From Vulcanimicrobiota bacterium (GTDB lineage: Bacteria; Vulcanimicrobiota; Vulcanimicrobiia; Vulcanimicrobiales; Vulcanimicrobiaceae), in NCBI GenBank assembly GCA_963752625.1, contig CAVVYX010000006.1, forward strand, positions 44,960-108,959: DNA of 64,000 bases, read 5' to 3'. Shown in pieces: positions 56,989-64,000 of this stretch (the first letter of the stretch is position 1; each line of letters starts with the position of its first letter). The translations under genes were made by a program, and so were the position numbers. The notes under the pieces were generated by a model. That model was not told where the DNA came from. It saw nothing but the letters and a program-made list of their open reading frames with translations, and did no database searches.

Positions 56989-58905
56989 ATGCGCAGCCGG
57001 CTTTTTGTTTGGCCAGGCCTCATCGCGCTTTTGGTCTGGATCGGCCTGGGCGCGCTATCTCCGAGCCCGGCGGCAGGGTCCCGGCCTGCGCCGACGTTTT
57101 GCGGTCCGACCGCAGCCCCGCGTGAGCCGGCCGATCCTCCGGACGTCGACGTCGCGAAGCTTCCGCGCAACGCCGCGGGCGAACACGAGCTGATCCTCAC
57201 CGTTCATACCGATGGCCGCGGCCTCGCGCAGCGCTACTGTTATACATATGCCTGGAACGGCGCGGCGCAGACGGTCGCGCCGACGATTCGCGTGCATCGC
57301 GGCGAGCATTTTGCGATCCGCATCGTAAACGACATCGCCGGCACCAGCAAGGCGGATCGCTTAGCATTGACTGCGATTCCCGAGTGCATGCCGATGGCCA
57401 TGCCCGCGCCGCTGACGAACCACTACGTCGGTTATTTGAATCACGCGATCGACGATCGTTACATGCGGATACCGCCTGGCGACACCAATCTGCACCTTCA
57501 CGGGTATGAGGGGCCCGAGCTTCAGGAGAACATCTTCCTATCGACGCTGAGCAACCCGCTGCACGCGTGCGAGTATCACGTCACGATTCCCACGACGCAG
57601 CCGCCCGGAACGTACCTATACCATCCGCACGCGCACGGAACGTCGGACGACGAGGTCGCCGAGGGTCTCGACGGTGTATGGATCGTCGAACCCGACTCGC
57701 CGCAGCTGCCGCGCTCAGCCGAGCACGTCATCATCGTGCGCTATAGGATTCCGTTCGCGGCCGACAACCCGTTCGCGCCCGACGGCAGCGCCTTCGTGCC
57801 GGCCGGCGCCGCCTACGAGGCGGCGCGCCCGGCGGGCTCGCCGGTTCCCTACGACCCGTTCGATCCGCCGCCGTGGCCGGTGACGTATCCGATGACCGTC
57901 GGCGACGTAACCTCGGACCCGACCGGCTGCAATGGGACCAGCTCGGAGGTGCTCGTCACGCTGAACGGCGCATACACGCCGGCCGCGCTCGACGTGCCGG
58001 CGGGAGAGCCGCAGTTGCTGCGTATCGTCAACGGCACGTCCGACACCGGGACGAGGCTGCAGATGCGCGATGGGTCAGGGCGGATTGCGCCGATCCGGCT
58101 CGTCGCGCTCGACGGCGTGCCGATCTCGAGCGATCCAGAGCGGCCGCTATCGAAATATGTGGCGACCAACGAGCTCATGCTCACCTCGATGTCGCGTGCG
58201 GACATTCTCTTTACGGCCGATCCCGGTGCGAAGCTGACGCTATCCTCGGAGCACTTCTGTGAGGGCAAGGACGCGTTCTTCGAGATGCATCACGACCTGC
58301 TGAAGATCGCGGCTGGAACGGTCACCGAGACGCCGCGGGTCACGTTGCACTCGAGCCCCGCGGTGATCGCGAATACGCCGGCCGGGCGTCTCACCGCCTA
58401 CGTGCGTGCGCATCCGGCCTTCGTTCGGCGCCGGGCATTCGCTTTTACCGAATACTCGCTCCCCAAGCACGGGAAGATCCCGGCACATCAGGCGTACTAC
58501 ATCACGGAGATCACGAATCCAGACTTCCACGAGCATCCGTTCTGGCCGCAGTATGCGAGCAGCGCGGTCGTTCCGTCCAATGCCGACGTCGTCGTCAAGC
58601 GCGGATCCGTGGAAGAGTGGTATCTCGTCAACACGACGATGGAATCGCACGCGTTCCACATTCACCAGATGGCGTTCGTCCAAGACCGCAGCGTGCCCGG
58701 AACGCCGCTGATGGCCGACACCGTCTTCGTGCCCGTGGGGTCGCTGCTGCCGAACCGCGCCGACCCCAACTATCCGCTCGTGAAGCCGCGCATCACCAAG
58801 ATCATCTTGGATTTCCGCCACGTGCCGCGCGGCACGTTCGTGTTCCACTGCCACATGCTGTTCCACGAGGATCATGGCATGATGGGCATCATCCGCGTCG
58901 TTTGA
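56989..58905 (+). CDS. Multicopper oxidase
   Basis: Signal peptide. Copper-ligand motifs HLHGY, HPHAHG, HAFHIHQ and HCHMLFHEDHGMM. Confidence 0.9.
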   Translation: MRSRLFVWPGLIALLVWIGLGALSPSPAAGSRPAPTFCGPTAAPREPADPPDVDVAKLPRNAAGEHELILTVHTDGRGLAQRYCYTYAWNGAAQTVAPTIRVHRGEHFAIRIVNDIAGTSKADRLALTAIPECMPMAMPAPLTNHYVGYLNHAIDDRYMRIPPGDTNLHLHGYEGPELQENIFLSTLSNPLHACEYHVTIPTTQPPGTYLYHPHAHGTSDDEVAEGLDGVWIVEPDSPQLPRSAEHVIIVRYRIPFAADNPFAPDGSAFVPAGAAYEAARPAGSPVPYDPFDPPPWPVTYPMTVGDVTSDPTGCNGTSSEVLVTLNGAYTPAALDVPAGEPQLLRIVNGTSDTGTRLQMRDGSGRIAPIRLVALDGVPISSDPERPLSKYVATNELMLTSMSRADILFTADPGAKLTLSSEHFCEGKDAFFEMHHDLLKIAAGTVTETPRVTLHSSPAVIANTPAGRLTAYVRAHPAFVRRRAFAFTEYSLPKHGKIPAHQAYYITEITNPDFHEHPFWPQYASSAVVPSNADVVVKRGSVEEWYLVNTTMESHAFHIHQMAFVQDRSVPGTPLMADTVFVPVGSLLPNRADPNYPLVKPRITKIILDFRHVPRGTFVFHCHMLFHEDHGMMGIIRVV

Positions 58906-58912
58906 AGAGCGA

Positions 58913-59884
58913 TTATCTGCTCACCGCGACGCCCTGCGCGGAGCATTGGCAGCTGAACGTCACGGTGGGGCCGTTTGCGCCCGGCGCGACCTCCGAGACG
59001 TTGGACTCGCCGCTCGCCTGATACAGCGCACCATCCGGTGTGACCCATGTCAGGCCGTAGGCCGCGATGTTGGAGATCGTGCGCGACGGTTCGATCTGTC
59101 CAGCCGGGAAGACGGAGATCGACGCGCCTTCGCTGCTCGCGACGTAGATATTGCCGGCCTTGTCGATGCCCATGCCCGGCCCGCTGACGTTGGTGAGATT
59201 CAAGTTTATCGGCGTGGCGCTGGAAGAGCCCGGCGCTATCTTGAGCAAGCTGATCTGGAACTTCGCCTGCTCCGCCACGACCAGGTCACCTTGCGGGTCG
59301 AACGCCATGCTGCCCGCCTCGAATGCATAACCCCCGACGCCCGTGTCGATCGAGCGCTCGGGCGTGGTCCGTCCGGGCGCGAAGACTTGTATCCAGCCGT
59401 GGTCCTGGACTGATTCGTTGACGTAGACGTTGCCGGAGCTATCCGCCGCTACACTCCCGGGCTGACCCATGAAGTCGGTGATCGTGAAGAACGGCGCGGA
59501 GGCGCCCGGTTTAAACTCGGTCACGCTCGGCGGAAGCTTGTTCCCTTCGTTAGCCACGTAGAGGACGTTCTTGGCGTCGACCCACATCCCAAACGGCCGC
59601 CCCGCGCCTTGTGTGATGAGGCGCAATTGGTGCGGACCTTTCATGCCGGCCGTGAACACGTGGATCTGCCCGAGCCCCGGCTGCCCGTCGATGTCGGCGA
59701 CGTAAAGCACGCGCGCCTGGCGCGTCCGCGCGGGCTTGGCCTGACCCAACGCCGGCGCCGCATGGCCCGCCGCGGCCGGATTCGCAGCCGCGCTGGGCAT
59801 CACCGAAGAGGTCGAAGGCTGCGCGCAAGCCGCGAGCAACCCGGCCGTTGCGAAGGCGGCGGCCGTACGCCAAAAAATCGCCAT
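58913..59884 (-). CDS. Lipoprotein, NHL-like beta-propeller repeats
   Basis: Lipobox LLAAC. Repeats VLYVAD, VLYVANEG, GNVYVNE, GDLVVAE, GNIYVAS. Confidence 0.65.
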   Translation of the reverse strand: MAIFWRTAAAFATAGLLAACAQPSTSSVMPSAAANPAAAGHAAPALGQAKPARTRQARVLYVADIDGQPGLGQIHVFTAGMKGPHQLRLITQGAGRPFGMWVDAKNVLYVANEGNKLPPSVTEFKPGASAPFFTITDFMGQPGSVAADSSGNVYVNESVQDHGWIQVFAPGRTTPERSIDTGVGGYAFEAGSMAFDPQGDLVVAEQAKFQISLLKIAPGSSSATPINLNLTNVSGPGMGIDKAGNIYVASSEGASISVFPAGQIEPSRTISNIAAYGLTWVTPDGALYQASGESNVSEVAPGANGPTVTFSCQCSAQGVAVSR

Positions 59885-59930
59885 GTTTTGCTCTCCCTCG
59901 AAATCCGGTTGTAAATCGCGGGACAGCGTA

Positions 59931-61028
59931 TCAGGAAGCCATGAAAGAACTCTGAAGCTGTTCGGCGTCTAGCGAGCATCCGCGCGGTGCGGCATCCTGT
60001 GCGCGACCGAGCAACACGAAGCCGCCGTCATGCTGCACGCCGAGGTCTTCGGTCTGAACCGCCACGCACGAAGAGCGGTTCGCCAAGTCTACGTGGAGCA
60101 GCGAGCCGGTCTCTCCGGCCGGCAGCGCCGTGCGGTCGGGTCCGACGACGCGCGCGCGCAGCCACGGCGGCCCGATCTTCTGCCAGGTGGCGGCGTCGTC
60201 GTAATATTGCGACGTCAGCTCGGTCATGCCGTACTCTGCGACGATCGCGCTCGGCGTGAGCCCGAACCCGGCACAGGTTCGTTCGTAGAGCTCCGCGCGG
60301 TCGACGGTACGCGAGCGCCCCTTGAAGCCGCCCGTCTCCATCACCCGCGACCCGAGAGGCAGCGCGAACCGGATCGCGGCGCGATCCATGGCGTCGAGCA
60401 CGTGCACGAGCGCGAATGCCGTCGCGGTGATGAAAACGGGCTGCCCCTCGTCACACGCGGTGCGCACGCCGTGCGCGAAATCGTCAAACAGAAGCTCGCT
60501 ATCGCGCAGATACCATCCGGTGCGTCCGTCGCCGAGATGCCGGCCGATGTGGCGCATCATGTACCCGAGCGAGGACGTCGCGCGTTCGTCGGGATTCGGG
60601 ACGAGGTTGACGAAGCGCAAGCGCGCGCCGTCGCCAAGAACAAGGCGATTGAACCCGGCCAGCAGCGCCGCATCATAGAGCGCCGCCGTCTCCATGTAAT
60701 GGCGCCCGCTGCTCGATCCGGTCGTGCCGCTGGTCTCGAACGTGAGCGCGGCCTTGCCGGGATTGAACGTCGTGAGAATCGCATCCTTAAACGCCGGCGC
60801 GGGAACCGCCGGAATAGCTTCCCACGTGCTCGGCAGCGACGACGGCGTGAAGCCCAGGCGCGCGCAGTAGCGCGCGTACGGCGCGTTGTAGCGTAGCTGA
60901 TAGGCGAACAGCCGCAGCGCGAGGTCGTTGAAGGCCGGGTCGTCCTGCGTCTCGCCGCGGACGTGCCAGGCTTCGATCACCGAAAGGATCTCGTCGTCGA
61001 GGGCGCGCGACTCGGCTGCGTAACTCAT
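59931..61028 (-). CDS. LuxE-like acyl-protein synthetase / acyl-adenylate-forming enzyme
   Basis: FNDLALRLFAYQLRYNAPYARYC...IPAVPAPAFK and FETSGTTG fit the LuxE-family pattern. Confidence 0.65.
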   Translation of the reverse strand: MSYAAESRALDDEILSVIEAWHVRGETQDDPAFNDLALRLFAYQLRYNAPYARYCARLGFTPSSLPSTWEAIPAVPAPAFKDAILTTFNPGKAALTFETSGTTGSSSGRHYMETAALYDAALLAGFNRLVLGDGARLRFVNLVPNPDERATSSLGYMMRHIGRHLGDGRTGWYLRDSELLFDDFAHGVRTACDEGQPVFITATAFALVHVLDAMDRAAIRFALPLGSRVMETGGFKGRSRTVDRAELYERTCAGFGLTPSAIVAEYGMTELTSQYYDDAATWQKIGPPWLRARVVGPDRTALPAGETGSLLHVDLANRSSCVAVQTEDLGVQHDGGFVLLGRAQDAAPRGCSLDAEQLQSSFMAS

Positions 61029-61029
61029 G

Positions 61030-61128
61030 GGAGCCTCACTTTCCGTCCTTCGACTTCGGCGCTTCGCGCCTCCGCTCAGGATGACACCTTTGCGCCGCGC
61101 CTACGCTCAGGATGACAAGAGCGGGAGG
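61030..61128. repeat. REP-like intergenic element: two copies of CGCTCAGGATGACA plus a short GC hairpin
   Basis: Copies at 61072..61086 and 61103..61117 (31-bp spacing). Hairpin GGCGC-TTC-GCGCC at 61058..61070. Lies just downstream of rplQ. Confidence 0.5.
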
Positions 61129-61482
61129 CTACGTCATGAGTTCGATGAGTGAGAGTTCGGCCGCATCACCCGGACGTACGCGGGTCTTAGTGATGCGGGT
61201 GTAGCCGCCGGTTCGCCCCTTGAGGGCCGGCGCGATCTGCTCGACAAGCTTCTTAACCACCGCGGGCTCGGTGATGAACTCGGCCAGACGCCGGCGTGCC
61301 GCCAGGTCGCCTTCCATGGCGGCGGTGATGCATTTTTCCGCGATGCGGCTGATCTCTTTGGCCTTGGTCGACGTCGTCTCGATCTTATCGTGCTTGAAGA
61401 GCGACGTGGCGAGGTTGCGCAGCAGCGCTTTGCGATGGCCATCGGGGCGCGAGAGCCGTTTGTATGCAATTGAATGCGGCAT
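61129..61482 (-). CDS. rplQ: 50S ribosomal protein L17
   Basis: LSRPDGHRKALLRNLATSLFKHDKIETT. Confidence 0.95.
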   Translation of the reverse strand: MPHSIAYKRLSRPDGHRKALLRNLATSLFKHDKIETTSTKAKEISRIAEKCITAAMEGDLAARRRLAEFITEPAVVKKLVEQIAPALKGRTGGYTRITKTRVRPGDAAELSLIELMT

Positions 61483-61493
61483 TGTTTTGTGCG

Positions 61494-62420
61494 CTACGAC
61501 TGGCGCAGCGTCAGCCCCCTCTCAGCCAGAACCTGCTTGATCTCGTCGAGCGACTTCTTGCCGAAGTTTCGCATCTTCATGATCTCGTCCTCGGTGAGAT
61601 CGAGCAGCTCGGAGACCTTCGAGATGCCCGCGCGCTTGAGGCAGTTAAAGGACCGGACCGACAGGTTGAGGGTCTCGACCGGGATGTCCCACTCGTTCGG
61701 TGGCGTCTCCGGCAACGGCTCGGCGCGATTCGTGAACGATACGAACAGGTCGAGCTCTTCCTGCATGATCGAGGCCGCCATCGACAGCGCCTCGTCCGGA
61801 GTGATGGATCCGTTCGTTTCCACCTCGACGGTCAGGCGATCGTAGTCGACGCTCTGGCCGACGCGCGTGTCGTCGACCGTGAAGTTCACCTTCCGGATCG
61901 GCGAGAAGATCGAATCCAAAGGTATCAAGCCGATCATGTGCTCGACGTTGCGCTGGCGATCGGCCATCACATAGCCGCGCCCTTTCTCGACGCCGATCTC
62001 CATCGTAAGCTTCGCATCCTTCGAGGAGAGCGTGCACAGCCGATAGCCCGGATCGAGAATCTCGACGTCCGCGTCGGGAACGATGTCGGCTGCGGTCACG
62101 TCGCGCGCCCCGCTGACGGAGAGCGTCAGCACCTTCGGCTCGTCGCTGTTGAGCTTGACCGGCAGCCCCTTGAGGTTGAGCATCAGTGCGATCGTGTCTT
62201 CGACCATTCCCGGGATCGTCGAGAACTCATGGAGCACGCCGTCGATCTTCATGTAGGTAACCGCCGCCCCCGGAATCGAGCTGAGCAAAACGCGCCGGAG
62301 CGCATTGCCGAGCGTGATGCCGAAGCCGCGCTCGAGCGGTTCGATCACGAACTTCGCATAGTTGTCGCGCCGCTCGCGCACTTCGATGCTTGCGCCGACC
62401 GGCGCCTCTAACATGGTCAC
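61494..62420 (-). CDS. rpoA: DNA-directed RNA polymerase alpha subunit
   Basis: FVIEPLERGFGITLGNALRRVLLSS and C-terminal domain LSVRSFNCLKRAGI. Confidence 0.95.
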   Translation of the reverse strand: MTMLEAPVGASIEVRERRDNYAKFVIEPLERGFGITLGNALRRVLLSSIPGAAVTYMKIDGVLHEFSTIPGMVEDTIALMLNLKGLPVKLNSDEPKVLTLSVSGARDVTAADIVPDADVEILDPGYRLCTLSSKDAKLTMEIGVEKGRGYVMADRQRNVEHMIGLIPLDSIFSPIRKVNFTVDDTRVGQSVDYDRLTVEVETNGSITPDEALSMAASIMQEELDLFVSFTNRAEPLPETPPNEWDIPVETLNLSVRSFNCLKRAGISKVSELLDLTEDEIMKMRNFGKKSLDEIKQVLAERGLTLRQS

Positions 62421-62518
62421 AGTGTTGTCGTTGTCCTTTATTACTGCTTACGTTATCCGCCCGTCGGTGAGCGCGACGAACGATCGTACGCCTAGCAGCG
62501 GAGTCGTGTGGTTATTCC

Positions 62519-63175
62519 TTAACGAGAGTAGTACTCGACGATCAGTTGCTCGTCGACGGGAGTGTCGATCTGCTCGCGCGGGGGTGCCTGCAGCACCTTC
62601 GCCGTTCTCTCCTGATCGTTCCATTCGAGCCAGTCCGGCGGCCGGCGGCTCTGCGCAACCTCGAGGTTGGCCTCGAAGACCGTTGACTTCAGGCTGGCCG
62701 GCGCGATCGAGATCGCGTCGCCCGGGCGCACGACGTACGACGGGATGTTTACCGTTCGGCCGTTGACTCGGAAGTGGCGATGCGTCACGAGCTGACGCGC
62801 CTGCGCGCGGCTGGTCGCAAGATTGAGGCGGTAGACGACGTTGTCGAGCCGGCGCTCGAGCAGCTGCAAAAACGTGCGCCCGGTCTGCCCCGGAACGCGC
62901 GCCGCTTCGCGGAAGTAGTTCTCGAACTGCGTCTCGTGAACGCCGTAGTAGCGGCGCATCTTCTGTTTCTCGCGCAGCTGCCGCCCGTACTCCGAGACTT
63001 TGGTGCGCGACTTGCCCGCCGTCTTTTGCCCCGGCGCAGTGCCGCGCCGCTCGACGGCGCAGTTGCGTGAGAGGCAGCGGTCGCCCTTGAGAAACAGTTT
63101 GATTTTCTCGCCGGTCTTGCTCGCGGCGGTCTCGCGGCGGCAGAGGCGGCAGACCGGACCAACGTAACGCGACAT
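62519..63175 (-). CDS. rpsD: 30S ribosomal protein S4
   Basis: [15 protein letters not shown]...LFLKGDRC...[10 protein letters not shown]...[13 protein letters not shown]. Confidence 0.95.
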   Translation of the reverse strand: MSRYVGPVCRLCRRETAASKTGEKIKLFLKGDRCLSRNCAVERRGTAPGQKTAGKSRTKVSEYGRQLREKQKMRRYYGVHETQFENYFREAARVPGQTGRTFLQLLERRLDNVVYRLNLATSRAQARQLVTHRHFRVNGRTVNIPSYVVRPGDAISIAPASLKSTVFEANLEVAQSRRPPDWLEWNDQERTAKVLQAPPREQIDTPVDEQLIVEYYSR

Positions 63176-63177
63176 GC

Positions 63178-63573
63178 CTAAACCCGGCGCCGCTTCGGCG
63201 GGCGGCAGCCGTTATGCGGAATCGGCGTGACGTCCTTGATCATCGTGATCTCGAGGCCGGCCGCTTGGAGCGACCGGATCGCGGCCTCACGGCCCGCCCC
63301 GGGGCCCTTGACGAGGACCTCGGTGGACTTCATTCCGTGCTCCATCGCCTTGCGCGCCGCGGCCTCGGCGGCCATCTGCGCGGCGAATGGGGTCGACTTC
63401 TTCGACCCTTTGAAGCCGAGGTTTCCGGCCGACGCCCACGAGATGACGCCGCCGTGCGGATCGCTGATCGTGACGATCGTGTTGTTGAAGGAAGCGTGAA
63501 CGTGAGCGACGCCGGCTTGGACGTTCTTCACCTCGCGCTTGCGTCGCGACTTGGTTTGCTTTTTGGCAGCCAA
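63178..63573 (-). CDS. rpsK: 30S ribosomal protein S11
   Basis: [30 protein letters not shown]...[14 protein letters not shown]. Confidence 0.95.
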   Translation of the reverse strand: MAAKKQTKSRRKREVKNVQAGVAHVHASFNNTIVTISDPHGGVISWASAGNLGFKGSKKSTPFAAQMAAEAAARKAMEHGMKSTEVLVKGPGAGREAAIRSLQAAGLEITMIKDVTPIPHNGCRPPKRRRV

Positions 63574-63661
63574 AAAAGACCAATCTCTCTGGGGCGTAGG
63601 GTAATAGGGCGCCGATAGGCGCCAAGTGAGTATCTTACCTCAGGAGGCGCGGCGAAGACAA

Positions 63662-63685
63662 GGGCCCGGCGTTCCCACCGGGCCC
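63662..63685 (-). terminator. Hairpin downstream of the outer-membrane protein gene
   Basis: GGGCCCGG-8 nt loop-CCGGGCCC, followed on the minus strand by TTGTCTTC. Confidence 0.5.
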
Positions 63686-63713
63686 CAGCTAGCTAGATTC
63701 CCCTGCCGTAGGC

Positions 63714-64000
63714 CTACGGGTAGAGTATCCGCAGTCCCAGCCCCGCGAAGGGACCGTTGTAGGTCCGATTGATCGGGGCGTTCTGCTTGTTCGACCAGTT
63801 GTCTCCCATCCAGCCGACTTCCACGAAGACCGGGCTGTTGCCGATCACGTAGTCCACGCCGACCTGGTACTTGAGGATGTTGTACGCGAGCGGCAAGTTC
63901 ACCGTCACGAAGTTTCCGCTCGACGTGTTGCGGGCGAAGCTTCCGGTGCCCTTGACGTTCGGGTAGTACCACACGCTGCCGAAGAACGATAGCGGCTGGT
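63714..64000 (-). CDS. Outer-membrane beta-barrel protein, C-terminal part (5' end outside the window)
   Basis: Alternating aromatic/hydrophobic beta-strand pattern (YQVGVDYVIG, VFVEVGWMG, GLGLRILYP) ending in an aromatic-rich terminal strand. Confidence 0.55.
   Translation of the reverse strand, partial: QPLSFFGSVWYYPNVKGTGSFARNTSSGNFVTVNLPLAYNILKYQVGVDYVIGNSPVFVEVGWMGDNWSNKQNAPINRTYNGPFAGLGLRILYP

Overview
This is a high-G+C bacterial chromosomal segment with no rRNA genes and no CRISPR array. All calls come from reading the sequence and the ORF track by hand. Coordinates of RNAs, repeats and frameshift points are hand-counted and good to about 2 nt. No database search, read mapping or composition statistic was run.

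Layout:
(1) 1-2.8 kb holds the end of an APC permease, which runs in frame into a secreted GH35-like glycosidase.
(2) 2.8-17.4 kb is an accessory region anchored on tRNA-Leu(CAA). The last 20 nt of the tRNA recur exactly at 7673 and 9636, marking a tandem array of decayed integrative elements. These elements carry two tyrosine-integrase remnants. The cargo includes a membrane Cache-like/LuxR one-component regulator. It also includes a phased array of GTCC-N8-GGAC palindromes in front of a coiled-coil protein with a PD-(D/E)xK (RmuC-like) motif. There are paralogous beta-propeller lipoproteins, followed by a nucleotidyl cyclase-STAND-TPR protein and a kelch lipoprotein.
(3) 17.5-29.5 kb is core genome: HU, aroA, an M20 amidohydrolase, an RND pump with its adaptor and a divergent OmpR/HK pair, and tadA.
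(4) 29.5-33.4 kb holds five tRNA genes interleaved with single genes.
(5) 33.4-47.3 kb is one long minus-strand block with Bacillus-like yqe/yqf gene order: HIT, rpsU, yqeY, nfeD, floA, phoH, ybeY, dgkA, CorC, recO, ruvX, mltG, DUF1292. Inside it, 39.3-43.9 kb carries at least 16 reading-frame breaks, all in the +1 direction.
(6) 47-64 kb holds glycosyltransferases, pyrG, prmC-prfA-rpmE, leuCD, metY, a multicopper oxidase, rpsK-rpsD-rpoA-rplQ and a partial outer-membrane beta-barrel gene.

The items I consider most worth follow-up are:
- the island-borne regulator, operator array and nuclease-like module at 3.0-5.7 kb;
- the one-directional frameshift cluster;
- the DUF1292-glycosyltransferase fusion;
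- the cyclase-STAND protein.
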